From Eledone cirrhosa (Eukaryota): a DNA stretch of 64,000 nucleotides. Below are positions 24,938 to 37,342 of this stretch, piece after piece. The DNA lies in assembly GCA_964016885.1 (NCBI GenBank), contig OZ024744.1, forward strand, positions 134,726,001 to 134,790,000, in the 5' to 3' direction. Under the pieces are notes generated by a model, which worked only from the letters and a program-made list of their open reading frames with translations, did no database searches and was not told the origin of the DNA. How positions within the stretch are numbered: position 1 is the first letter of the stretch; every line of letters begins with the position of its first letter. Both the position numbers and the translations under genes were made by a program.

Positions 24938-27099
24938 GTCGGGGTTGAGTTAAGTTGGCGTTAAGTTAAGTTAGGCTTAACTTAAGTTGGGGGTAAGTTA
25001 AGTTGGGGGTAAGTTAAGTTGGGGTTAAGTTAAGTTGCGGTTAAGTTGGGGTTAAGTTAAGGTAGGGTTAAGTTAAGTTGGCGTTGAGTTAAGTTGGGGT
25101 TAATTAAGTGGTGGTTATGTTAAGTTGGGGTTAATTTAAATTGGGGTGAAGTTAACTTTGTGGTTAAGTTAAGTTGGGGTTAAGTTAAGTTGGGGTTAAG
25201 TTGGGGTTGAGTTAAGTTGGGGTTGAGTGAAGTTGGGGTTAAGTTAAGTTGGGGTAAAGTTAAGTTGGGGTTAAGTTAAGTCGGGGTTAAGTTAAGTTGT
25301 GGTTGAGTTAAGTTGGGGTTAATTTAAGTTGGGGCTAAGTTAATTTGTGGTTAAGTTAAGTTGGGGTTAAGTTAAGTTGGGGTTAAGTTAAGTTGGGGTT
25401 AAGTTAAGTTGCAGTTAAGTTAAGTTGAGGTTAAGTTAAGTTGGGGTTAAGTTAAGTTGGGGTTAAGTTAAGTTGGGGCTAAGTTAAGTTGGGGCTAAGT
25501 TAAGTTGGGGCTAAGTTAAGTTGGGGTTAAGTTAAGTTGGGGTTAAGTTAAGTTGGGGTTAAGTTAAGTTGGGGTTAAGTTAAGTTGGTGTTAAGTTAAG
25601 TTGGGGCTAAGTTAAGTTGGGGTTAATTTAAGTTGGGGTTAAGTTAAGTTGGGGTTAAGTTAATTTGTGGTTAAGTTAAGTTGGGGTTAAGTTAAGTTGG
25701 GGTTAAGTTAAGTTGGGGTTAAGTTAAGTCGGGGTTAAGTTAAGTTGGGGTTAAGTTAAGTTGGGGTTAATTTAAGTTGGGGTTAAGTTAAGTTGGGGTT
25801 AAGTTAAGTTGGGGTTAAGTTAAGTTGGGGATAATTTAAGTTGGGGTTAAGTTAAGTTTGGGTTTAAGTTAAGTTGGGGTTAAGTTAAGTTGGGGTTAAG
25901 TTAAGTTGGGGTTAAGTTAATTTGTGGTTAAGTTAAGTTGGGGTTAAGTTAAGTTGGGGTTGAGTTAAGTTGGGGCTGAGTTAATTTGGGGTTAAGTTAA
26001 GTTGGGGTTAAGTTAAGTTGGGTTTAAGTTAAGTTGGGGTTAAATGAAGTTGGGGTTAAATTAAGTTGGGGTTAAGTTAAGTTGGGGGTAAGTTAAGTTG
26101 GGGGCAAGTTAAGTTGGGGTTAATTTAAGTTGGGGTTAAATTAAGTTGGGGTTACGTTAAGTTGGTGTTAAGTTAAGTTGGGGTTAATTTAAGTTGGGGT
26201 TAATTAAGTTGGGGTTAAGTTAAGTTGGGGTTAAGTTAAGTTGGGGTTAATTTAAGTTGGGGTTGAGTTAAGTTGGGGTTAAGTTAAGTTGGGGTTATAT
26301 TAAGTTGGGGTTAAGTTAAGTTGGGGTTCAGTTAAGTTGGGGTTAAGTTAAGTTGGGGTTAAGTTAAGTTGAGGTTAAGTTAAGTTGGGGTTAAGTTAAG
26401 TTGGTGTTAAGTTAAGTTGGGGCTAAGTTAAGTTGGGGCTGAGTTAAGTTGGGGCTGAGTTAAGTTGGGGCTAAGTTAAGTTGGGGTTGAGTTAAGTTGG
26501 GGTTAAGTTGGGGTTAAGTTAAGTTAGGTTTAAGTTAAGTTGGGGTTAAGTTAAGTTGGGGTTAAGTTAAGTTGGGGTTAAGTTAAGTTTGGGTTAAGTT
26601 AAGTTGGGGTTGAGTTAATTTGGGGCTGAGTTAAGTTGGGGTTGAGTTAAGTTGGTGTTGAGTTAAGTTGGGGTTAAGTTAAGTTGGGGTTAAGTTAAGT
26701 TGCAGTTAAGTTAAGTTGAGGTTAAGTTAAGGTGCGGTTAAGTTAAGTTGGGGTTAAGTTAAGTTGGGGCTAAGTTAAGTTGGGGCTAAGTTAAGTTGGG
26801 GCTAAGTTAAGTTGGGGTTAAGTTACGTTGGGGTTAAGTTAGGTCGGGGTTAAGTTAAGTTGGGGTTAAGTTAAGTTGGGGTTAATTTAAGTTGGGGTTA
26901 AGTTAAGTTGGGGTTAAGTTAAGTTGGGGTTAAGTTAAGTTGGGGTTAAGTTGGGTTTAAGTTAAGTTGGGGTTAAGTTAAGTTGGGGTCAAGTTAAGTT
27001 GGGGTTAAGTTAAGTTGGTTAGTTGAGTTGAGTTTAAGTTAAGTTGGGGTTAATTTAAGTTGGGGTTAAGTTAAGTTGGGGTTAAGTTAAGTTGGGGTT

Positions 27100-27316
27100 A
27101 ACCCCAACTTAAGTTAACCCCAACTTAACTTAATACCAACTTCACTCAACCCCAACGTAACTCAACCCCAACTTAACTTAACCCCAACTTCACTCAACCC
27201 CAACTTAACTTAACCCCAACTTCACTCAATCCCAACTTAAGTCAACCCCAACTTAACTTAACCCCAACTTGACTTAACCCCAACTTAACTTAGCCCCAAC
27301 TTAACTTAAGCCAAAA
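27100..27316 (-). repeat. Inverted block 12, lineage B full length, 217 bp
   Basis: Carries the AACTTAAGTT, AATACC, CAATCCC and GCCAAAA markers. Confidence 0.96.
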
Positions 27317-28555
27317 GTCGGGGTTAAGTTAAGTTGGCGTTAAGTTAAGTTAGGCTTAACTTAAGTTGGGGGTAAGTTAAGTTGGGGGTAAGTTAAGTTG
27401 GGGTTAAGTTAAGTTGCGGTTAAGTTGGGGTTAAGTTAAGTTAGGGTTAAGTTAAGTTGGCGTTGAGTTAAGTTGGGGTTAATTAAGTGGTGGTTATGTT
27501 AAGTTGGGGTTAATTTAAATTGGGGTGAAGTTAACTTTGTGGTTAAGTTAAGTTGGGGTTAAGTTAAGTTGGGGTTAAGTTGGGGTTGAGTTAAGTTGGG
27601 GTTGAGTGAAGTTGGGGTTAAGTTAAGTTGGGGTAAAGTTAAGTTGGGGTTAAGTTAAGTCGGGGTTAAGTTAAGTTGTGGTTGAGTTAAGTTGGGGTTA
27701 ATTTAAGTTGGGGCTAAGATAATTTGTGGTTAAGTTAAGTTGGGGTTAAGTTAAGTTGGGGTTAAGTTAAGTTGGGGTTAAGTTAAGTTGCAGTTAAGTT
27801 AAGTTGAGGTTAAGTTAAGTTGGGGTTAAGTTAAGTTGGGGTTAAGTTAAGTTGGGGTTCAGTTAAGTTGGGGTTAAGTTAAGTTGGGGTTAAGATGGGG
27901 TTAAATTAAGTTGGGGTTAAGTTAAGTTGGGGTTAAGTTAAGTTGGGGTTAAGTTAAGTTGGGGTTAATTTAAGACGGGGTTAAGTTAAGTCGGGGTTAA
28001 GTTAAGTTAGGGTTCAGTTAAGTTGGGGTTAAGTTAAGTTGGGGTTGATTTAAGTTGGGGTTGAGTTAAATTGGGGTTGAGTTAAGTTGGGGTTGAGTTA
28101 AGTTGGTGTTGAGTTAAGTTGGGGTTAAGTTAAGTTGGGGTTAAGTTAAGTTGCAGTTAAGTTAAGTTGAGGTTAAGTTAAGGTGCGGTTAAGTTAAGTT
28201 GGGGTTAAGTTAAGTTGGGGCTAAGTTAAGTTGGGGCTAAGTTAAGTTGGGGCTAAGTTAAGTTGGGGTTAAGTTACGTTTGGGTTAATTTAAGTCGGGG
28301 TTAAGTTAAGTTGGGGTTAAGTTAAGTTGGGGTTAATTTAAGTTGGGGTTAAGTTAAGTTGGGGTTAAGTTTAGTTGGGGTTAAGTTAAGTTGGGGTTAA
28401 GTTAAGTTGGGTTTAAGTTAAGTTGGGGTTAAGTTAAGTTGGGGTCAAGTTAAGTTGGGGTTAAGTTAAGTTGGTTAGTTAAGTTGAGTTTAAGTTAAGT
28501 TGGGGTTAATTTAAGTTGGGGTTTAGTTAAGTTGGGGTTAAGTTAAGTTGGGGTT

Positions 28556-28756
28556 AACCCCAACTTAACTTAACCCCAACTTCACTCAACCCCAACGTAA
28601 CTCAACCCCAACTTAACTTAACCCCAACTTCACTCAACCCCAACTTAACTTAACCCCAACTTCACTCAACCCCAACTTAAGTCAACCCCAACTTAACTTA
28701 ACCCCAACTTGACTTAACCCCAACTTAACTTAGCCCCAACTTAACTTAAGCCCAAA
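28556..28756 (-). repeat. Inverted block 13, lineage A, 201 bp (one monomer short)
   Basis: Only one canonical inverted monomer precedes AACTTCACTC. Confidence 0.95.
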
Positions 28757-31700
28757 GTCGGGGTTGAGTTAAGTTGGCGTTAAGTTAAGTTAGGCTTAAC
28801 TTAAGTTGGGGGTAAGTTTAGTTGGGGGTAAGTTAAGTTGGGGTTCAGTTAAGTTGCGGTTAAGTTGGGGTTAAGTTAAGTTAGGGTTAAGTTAAGTTGG
28901 CGTTGAGTTAAGTTGGGGTTAATTAAGTGGTGGTTATGTTAAGTTGGGGTTAATTTAAATTGGGGTGAAGTTAACTTTGTGGTTAAGTTAAGTTGGGGTT
29001 AAGTTAAGTTGGGGTTAAGTTGGGGTTGAGTTAAGTTGGGGTTGAGTGAAGTTGGGGTTAAGTTAAGTTGGGGTAAAGTTAAGTTGGGGTTAAGTTAAGT
29101 CGGGGTTAAGTTAAGTTGTGGTTGAGTTAAGTTGGGGTTAATTTAAGTTGGGGCTAAGTTAATTTGTGGTTAAGTTAAGTTGGGGTTAAGTTAAGTTGGG
29201 GTTAAGTTAAGTTGGGGTTAAGTTAAGTTGCAGTTAAGTTAAGTTGAGGTTAAGTTAAGTTGGGGTTAAGTTAAGTTGGGGTTAAGTTAAGTTGGGGCTA
29301 AGTTAAGTTGGGGCTAAGTTAAGTTGGGGCTAAGTTAAGTTGGGGTTAAGTTAAGTTGGGGTTAAGTTAAGTTGGGGTTAAGTTAAGTTGGTGTTAAGTT
29401 AAGTTGGGGCTAAGTTAAGTTGGGGCTGAGTTAAGTTGGGGCTGAGTTAAGTTGGGGTTAAGTTAATTTGTGGTTAAGTTAAGTTGGGGTTAAGTTAAGT
29501 TGGGGTTGCGTTAAGTTGGGGCTGAGTTAATTTGGGGTTAAGTTAAGTTGGGGTTAAGTTGGGTTTAAGTTAAGTTGGGGTTAAATTAAGTTGGGGTTAA
29601 ATTAAGTTGGGGTTAAGTTAAGTTGGGGGTAAGTTAAGTTGGGGGCAAGTTAAGTTGGGGTTAATTTAAGTTGGGGTTAAATTAAGTTGGGGTTACGTTA
29701 CGTTGGTGTTAAGTTAAGTTGGGGTTAATTTAAGTTGGGGTTAAGTTAAGTTGGGGTCAAGTTAAGTTGGGGTTAAGTTGGGGTTAATTTAAGTTAGGTT
29801 TAAGTTAAGTTGGGGTTAAGTTAAGTTGGGGTTAAGTTAAGTTGGGGTTAAGTTAAGTTGGGGTTAAGTTGGGGTTAAGTTAATTGGTGGTTAAGTTAAG
29901 TTGGGGTTAAGTTAAGTTGGGGTTAAGTTAAGTTGGGGTTAAGTTAAGTCGGGGTTAAGTTAAGTTGGGGTTAAGTTAAGTTGGGGTTAATTTAAGTTGG
30001 GGTTAAGTTAAGTTGGGGTTAAGTTAAGTTGGGGTTAAGTTAAGTTGGGGATAATTTAAGTTGGGGTTAAGTTAAGTTTGGGTTTAAGTTAAGTTGGGGT
30101 TAAGTTAAGTTGGGGTTAAGTTAAGTTGGGGTTAAGTTAATTTGTGGTTAAGTTAAGTTGGGGTTAAGTTAAGTTGGGGTTGAGTTAAGTTGGGGCTGAG
30201 TTAATTTGGGGTTAAGTTAAGTTGGGGTTAAGTTAAGTTGGGTTTAAGTTAAGTTGGGGTTAAATTAAGTTGGGGTTAAATTAAGTTGGGGTTAAGTTAA
30301 GTTGGGGGTAAGTTAAGTTGGGGGCAAGTTAAGTTGGGGTTAATTTAAGTTGGGGTTAAATTAAGTTGGGGTTACGTTAAGTTGGTGTTAAGTTAAGTTG
30401 GGGTTAATTTAAGTTGGGGTTAATTAAGTTGGGGTTAAGTTAAGTTGGGGTTAAGTTAAGTTGGGGTTAATTTAAGTTGGGGTTGAGTTAAGTTGGGGTT
30501 AAGTTAAGTTGGGTTTATATTAAGTTGGGGTTAAGTTAAGTTGGGGTTCAGTTAAGTTGGGGTTAAGTTAAGTTGGGGTTAAGTTAAGTTGAGGTTAAGT
30601 TAAGTTGGGGTTAAGTTAAGTTGGTGTTAAGTTAAGTTGGGGCTAAGTTAAGTTGGGGCTGAGTTAAGTTGGGGCTGAGTTAAGTTGGGGCTAAGTTAAG
30701 TTGGGGTTGAGTTAAGTTGGGGTTAAGTTGGGGTTAAGTTAAGTTAGGTTTAAGTTAAGTTGGGGTTAAGTTAAGTTGGGGTTAAGTTAAGTTGGGGTTA
30801 AGTTAAGTTGGGGTTAAGTTAAGTTGGGGTTAAGTTAAGTTGGGGTTGAGTTAATTTGTGGTTAAGTTAAGTTGTGGTTAAGTTAAGTTGGGGTTAAGTT
30901 AAGTTGGGGTTAAGTTAAGTCGGGGTTAAGTTAAGTTGGGGTTAAGTTAAGTTGGGGTTAATTTAAGTTGGGGTTAAGTTAAGTTGGGGTTAAGTTAAGT
31001 TGGGGTTAAGTTAAGTCGGGGTTAAGTTAAGTTGGGGTTAAGTTAAGTTGGGGTTAATTTAAGTTGGCGTTAAGTTAAGTTGGGGTTAAGTTAAGTTGGG
31101 GTTAAGTTAAGTTGGGGTTAAGTTAAGTTGGGGATAATTTAAGTTGGGGTTAAGTTAAGTTTGAGTTTAAGTTAAGTTGGGGTTAAGTTAAGTTGGGGTT
31201 AAGTTAAGTTGGGGTTAATTTAAGTTGGTTAGTTAAGTTGAGTTTAAGTTAAGTTGGGGTTAATTTAAGTTGGGGTTAAGTTAAGCTGGGGTTAAGTTAA
31301 GTTGGGGTTAAGTTAAGTTGGGGTTAATTTAAGTTGGGGTTAATTTAAGTCGGGGTTAAGTTAAGTTGTGGTTGAGTTAAGTTTGGGTTAATTTAAGTTG
31401 GGGCTAAGTTAATTTGTGGTTAAGTTAAGTTTGGGTTAAGTTAAGTTTGGGTTAAGTTAAGTTGGGGTTGAGTTAAGTTGGGGTTGAGTTAATTTGGGGT
31501 TAAGTTAAGTTGGGGTTAAGTTAAGTTGGGTTTAAGTTAAGTTGGGGTTAAATTAAGTTGGGGTTAAATTAAGTTGGGGTTAAGTTAAGTTGGGGGTAAG
31601 TTAAGTTGGGGGCAAGTTAAGTTGGGGTTAATTTAATTTGGGGTTAAATTAAGTTGGGGTTACGTTAAGTTGGTGTTAAGTTAAGTTCGGGTTAATTTAA

Positions 31701-34573
31701 GTTGGGGTTGAGTTAAGTTGGGGTTCAGTTAAGTTGGGGATAAGTTAAGTTGGGGTTAAGTTAAGTTGGGGTTAATTAAGTTGGGGTTAAGTTAAGTTGG
31801 GGTTAAGTTAAGTTGGGGCTAAGTTAAGTTGGGGCTGAGTTAAGTTGGGGCTGAGTTAAGTTGGGGTTAAGTTAAGTTGGGGTTGAGTTAAGTTGGGGTT
31901 AAGTTAAGTTGGGGTCAAGTTAAGTTGGGGTTAAGTTGGGGTTAAGTTAAGTTAGGTTTAAGTTAAGTTGGGGTTAAGTTAAGTTGGGGTTAAGTTAATT
32001 TGTGGTTTATTTAAGTTGGGGTTAATTTAAGTTGGGGTTAAGTTAAGTTGGGGTTAAGTTAAGTCGGGGTTAAGTTAAGTTGGGGTTAAGTTAAGTTGGG
32101 GTTAAGTTAAGTTGGGGTTAAGTTAAGTTGGGGTTAAGTTAAGTTGGGGTTAAGTTAAGTTGGGGTTAAGTTAAGTTGAGGTTAAGTTAAGTTGGGGTTA
32201 AATTAAGTTGGGGTTAAGTTAAGTTGGGGTTAAGTTAAGTTGGGGTTAAGTTAAGTTGGGGATAAGTTAAGTTGGGGATAATTTAAGTTGGGGTTAAGTT
32301 AAGTTGGGTTTAAGTTAAGTTGGGGTTAAGTTAAGTTGGGGATAAGTTAAGTTGGGGTTAAGTTAAGTTGGGGTTAAGTTAAGTTGGGGCTAAGTTAAGT
32401 TGGGGCTGAGTTAAGTTGGGGTTAAGTTAAGTTGGGGTTAAGTTAAGTTGGGGTTAATTTAAGTTGGGGTTTATTTAAGTTGGGGTTAAGTTAAGTTGGG
32501 GTTCAGTTAAGTTGGGGTTAAGTTAAGTTGGGGTTAAGATGGGGTTAAATTAAGTTGGGGTTAAGTTAAGTTTGAGTTTAAGTTAAGTTGGGGTTAAGTT
32601 AAGTTGGGGTTAAGTTAAGTTGCGATTAAGTTAAGTTGGTTAGTTAAGTTGAGTTTAAGTTAAGTTGGGGTTAATTTAAGTTGGGGTTAAGTTAAGCTGG
32701 GGTTAAGTTAAGTTGGGGTTAAGTTAAGTTGGGGTTAATTTAAGTTGGGGTTAATTTAAGTCGGGGTTAAGTTAAGTTGTGGTTGAGTTAAGTTGGGGTT
32801 AATTTAAGTTGGGGCTAAGTTAATTTGTGGTTAAGTTAAGTTGGGGTTAAGTTAAGTTGGAGTTAAGTTAAGTTGGGGTTGAGTTAAGTTGGGGTTGAGT
32901 TAATTTGGGGTTAAGTTAAGTTGGGGTTAAGTTAAGTTGGGTTTAAGTTAAGTTGGGGTTAAATTAAGTTGGGGTTAAATTAAGTTGGGGTTAAGTTAAG
33001 TTGGGGGTAAGTTAAGTTGGGGGCAAGTTAAGTTGGGGTTAATTTAAGTTGGGGTTAAATTAAGTTGGGGTTACGTTAAGTTGGTGTTAAGTTAAGTTGG
33101 GGTTAATTTAAGTTGGGGTTGAGTTAAGTTGGGGTTCAGTTAAGTTGGGGATAAGTTAAGTTGGGGTTAAGTTAAGTTGGGGTTAATTAAGTTGGGGTTA
33201 AGTTAAGTTGGGGTTAAGTTAAGTTGGGGCTAAATTAAGTTGGGGCTGAGTTAAGTTGGGGCTGAGTTAAGTTGGGGTTAAGTTAAGTTGGGGTTGAGTT
33301 AAGTTGGGGTTAAGATAAGTTGGGGTCAAGTTAAGTTGGGTTTAAGTTGGGGTTAAGTTAAGTTAGGTTTAAGTTAAGTTGGGGTTAAGTTAAGTTGGGG
33401 TTAAGTTAATTTGTGGTTTAGTTAAGTTTGGGTTAAGTTAAGTTGGGGTTAAGTTAAGTTGGGGTTAAGTTAAGTCGTGGTTAAGTTAAGTTGGGGTTAA
33501 GTTAAGTTGGAGTTAAGTTAAGTTGGGGTTAAGTTAAGTTGTGGTTAAGTTAAGTTGGGGTTAAGTTAAGTTGGGGTTAAGTTAAGTTGAGGTTAAGTTA
33601 AGTTGGGGTTAAATTAAGTTGGGGTTAAGTTAAGTTGGGGTTAAGTTAAGTTGGGGATAAGTTAAGTTGGGGATAATTTAAGTTGGGGTTAAGTTAAGTT
33701 GGGGTTAAGTTAAGTTGGGGTTAAGTTAAGTTGGGGTTAAGTTAAGTTGGGGTTAAGTTAAGTTGGGGTTAAGTTAAGTTGGGGCTAAGTTAAGTTGGAG
33801 CTGAGTTAAGTTGGGGTTAAGTTAAGTTGGGGGTTAAGTTAAGTTGGGGTTAATTTAAGTTGGGGTTTATTTAAGTTGGGGTTAAGTTAAGTTGGGGTTC
33901 AGTTAAGTTGGGGTTAAGTTAAGTTGGGGTTAAGATGGGGTTAAATTAAGTTGGGGTTAAGTTAAGTTGGGGTTAAGTTAAGTTGGGGTTAAGTTAAGTT
34001 GGGGTTAAGTTAAGTCGGGGTTAAGTTAAGTCGGGGTTAAGTTAAGTTAGGGTTCAGTTAAGTTGGGGTTAAGTTAAGTTGGGGTTGAGTTAAGTTGGGG
34101 TTGAGTTAAATTGGGGTTGAGTTAAGTTGGGGTTGAGTTAAGTTGGTGTTGAGTTAAGTTGGGGTTAAGTTAAGTTGGGGTTAAGTTAAGTTGCAGTTAA
34201 GTTAAGTTGAGGTTAAGTTAAGGTGCGGTTAAGTTAAGTTGGGGTTAAGTTAAGTTGGGGCTAAGTTAAGTTGGGGCTAAGTTAAGTTGGGGCTAAGTTA
34301 AGTTGGGGTTAAGTTACGTTGGGGTTAAGTGAAGTCGGGGTTAAGTTAAGTTGGGGTTAAGTTAAGTTGGGGTTAATTTAAGTTGGGGTTAAGTTAAGTT
34401 GGGGTTAAGTTAAGTTGGGGTTAAGTTAAGTTGGGGTTAAGTTGGGTTTAAGTTAAGTTGGGGTTAAGTTAAGTTGGGGTCAAGTTAAGTTGGGGTTAAG
34501 TTAAGTTGGTTAGTTAAGTTGAGTTTAAGTTAAGTTGGGGTTAATTTAAGTTGGGGTTAAGTTAAGTTGGGGT

Positions 34574-34763
34574 AACTTAATACCAACTTCACTCAACCCC
34601 AACGTAACTCAACCCCAACTTAACTTAACCCCAACTTCACTCAACCCCAACTTAACTTAACCCCAACTTTACTCAATCCCAACTTAAGTCAACCCCAACT
34701 TAACTTAACCCCAACTTGACTTAACCCCAACTTAACTTAGCCCCAACTTAACTTAAGCCCAAA
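34574..34763 (-). repeat. Inverted block 14, lineage B with deleted palindrome centre, 190 bp
   Basis: The left junction reads GGGGT|AACTTAATACC instead of GGGGTT|AACCCC. Confidence 0.95.
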
Positions 34764-35986
34764 GTCGGGGTTAAGTTAAGTTGGCGTTAAGTTAAGTTAG
34801 GCTTAACTTAAGTTGGGGGTAAGTTAAGTTGGGGGTAAGTTAAGTTGGGGTTAAGTTAAGTTGCGGTTAAGTTGGGGTTAAGTTAAGTTAGGGTTAAGTT
34901 AAGTTGGCGTTGAGTTAAGTTGGGGTTAATTAAGTGGTGGTTATGTTAAGTTGGGGTTAATTTAAATTGGGGTGAAGTTAACTTTGTGGTTAAGTTAAGT
35001 TGGGGTTAAGTTGGGGTTGAGTTAAGTTGGGGTTGAGTGAAGTTGGGGTTAAGTTAAGTTGGGGTAAAGTTAAGTTGGGGTTAAGTTAAGTTGTGGTTGA
35101 GTTAAGTTGGGGTTAATTTAAGTTGGGGCTAAGTTAATTTGTGGTTAAGTTAAGTTGGGGTTAAGTTAAGTTGGGGTTAAGTTAAGTTGGGGTTAAGTTA
35201 AGTTGCAGTTAAGTTAAGTTGAGGTTAAGTTAAGTTGGGGTTAAGTTAAGTTGGGGTTAAGTTAAGTTGGGGTTCAGTTAAGTTGGGGTTAAGTTAAGTT
35301 GGGGTTAAGATGGGGTTAAATTAAGTTGGGGTTAAGTTAAGTTGGGGTTAATTTAAGTCGGGGTTAAGTTAAGTCGGGGTTAAGTTAAGTTAGGGTTCAG
35401 TTAAGTTGGGGTTAAGTTAAGTTGGGGTTGAGTTAAGTTGGGGTTGAGTTAAATTGGGGTTGAGTTAAGTTGGGGTTGAGTTAAGTTGGTGTTGAGTTAA
35501 GTTGGGGTTAAGTTAAGTTGGGGTTAAGTTAAGTTGCAGTTAAGTTAAGTTGAGGTTAAGTTAAGGTGCGGTTAAGTTAAGTTGGGGTTAAGTTAAGTTG
35601 GGGCTAAGTTAAGTTGGGGCTAAGTTAAGTTGGGGCTAAGTTAAGTTGGGGTTAAGTTACGTTGGGGTTAATTTAAGTCGGGGTTAAGTTAAGTTGGGGT
35701 TAAGTTAAGTTGGGGTTAATTTAAGTTGGGGTTAAGTTAAGTTGGGGTTAAGTTTAGTTGGGGTTAAGTTAAGTTGGGGTTAAGTTAAGTTGGGTTTAAG
35801 TTAAGTTGGGGTTAAGTTAAGTTGGGGTTAAGTTAAGTTGGGGTTAAGTTAAGTTGGGGTTAAGTTAAGTTGGGGTTAAGTTAAGTTGGTTAGTTAAGTT
35901 GAGTTTAAGTTAAGTTGGGGTTAATTTAAGTTGGGGTTAAGTTAAGTTGGGGTTAAGTTAAGTTGGGGTTAAGTTAAGTTGGGGTT

Positions 35987-36203
35987 AACCCCAACTTAAC
36001 TTAACCCCAACTTAACTTAACCCCAACTTCACTCAACCCCAACGTAACTCAACCCCAACTTAACTTAACCCCAACTTCACTCAACCCCAACTTAACTTAA
36101 CCCCAACTTCACTCAACCCCAACTTAAGTCAACCCCAACTTAACTTAACCCCAACTTGACTTAACCCCAACTTAACTTAGCCCCAACTTAACTTAAGCCC
36201 AAA
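35987..36203 (-). repeat. Inverted block 15, lineage A, 217 bp
   Basis: Standard junctions. Confidence 0.96.
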
Positions 36204-37125
36204 GTCGGGGTTGAGTTAAGTTGGCGTTAAGTTAAGTTAGGCTTAACTTAAGTTGGGGGTAAGTTAAGTTGGGGGTAAGTTAAGTTGGGGTTAAGTTAAG
36301 TTGCGGTTAAGTTGGGGTTAAGTTAAGTTAGGGTTAAGTTAAGTTGGCGTTGAGTTAAGTTGGGGTTAATTAAGTGGTGGTTATGTTAAGTTGGGGTTAA
36401 TTTAAATTGGGGTGAAGTTAACTTTGTGGTTAAGTTAAGTTGGGGTTAAGTTAAGTTGGGGTTAAGTTCGGGTTGAGTTAAGTTGGGGTTGAGTGAAGTT
36501 GGGGTTAAGTTAAGTTGGGGTAAAGTTAAGTTGGGGTTAAGTTAAGTCGGTGTTAAGTTAAGTTGTGGTTGAGTTAAGTTGGGGTTAATTTAAGTTGGGG
36601 CTAAGTTAATTTGTGGTTAAGTTAAGTTGGGGTTAAGTTAAGTTGGGGTTAAGTTAAGTTGGGGTTAAGTTAAGTTGCAGTTAAGTTAAGTTGAGGTTCA
36701 GTTAAGTTGGGGTTAAGTTAAGTTGGGGTTAAGTTAAGTTGGGGTTCAGTTAAGTTGGGGTTAAGTTAAGTTGGGGTTAAGATGGGGTTAAATTAAGTTG
36801 GGGTTAAGTTAAGTTGGGGTTAAGTTAAGTTGGGGTTAAGTTAAGTTGGGGTTAATTTAAGTCGGGGTTAAGTTAAGTCGGGGTTAAGTTAAGTTAGGGT
36901 TCAGTTAAGTTGGGGTTAAGTTAAGTTGGGGTTGAGTTAAGTTGGGGTTGAGTTAAATTGGGGTTGAGTTAAGTTGGGGTTGAGTTAAGTTGGTGTTGAG
37001 TTAAGTTGGGGTTAAGTTAAGTTGGGGTTAAGTTAAGTTGCAGTTAAGTTAAGTTGAGGTTAAGTTAAGGTGCGGTTAAGTTAAGTTGGGGTTAAGTTAA
37101 GTTGGGGCTAAGTTAAGTTGGGGTT

Positions 37126-37342
37126 AACCCCAACTTAACTTAACCACAACTTAACTTAACCCCAACTTCACTCAACCCCAACGTAACTCAACCCCAACTT
37201 AACTTAACCCCAACTTCACTCAACCCCAACTTAACTTAACCCCAACTTCACTCAACCCCAACTTAAGTCAACCCCAACTTAACTTAACCCCAACTTGACT
37301 TAACCCCAACTTAACTTAGCCCCAACTTAACTTAAGCCCAAA
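37126..37342 (-). repeat. Inverted block 16, lineage A, 217 bp
   Basis: Standard junctions, with a private AACCACAA variant. Confidence 0.96.

Larger units (their letters stand above)
28757..37000 (+). repeat. Copy 1 of a long-range (~27 kb offset) near-identical duplication
   Basis: Lines from 31981 onward match lines from 58981 onward almost base for base. Shared rare variants include TTGCGTT, TTACGTTACG, TGCGATT, TAAGATAAG and the deleted-centre inversion. Confidence 0.92.
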
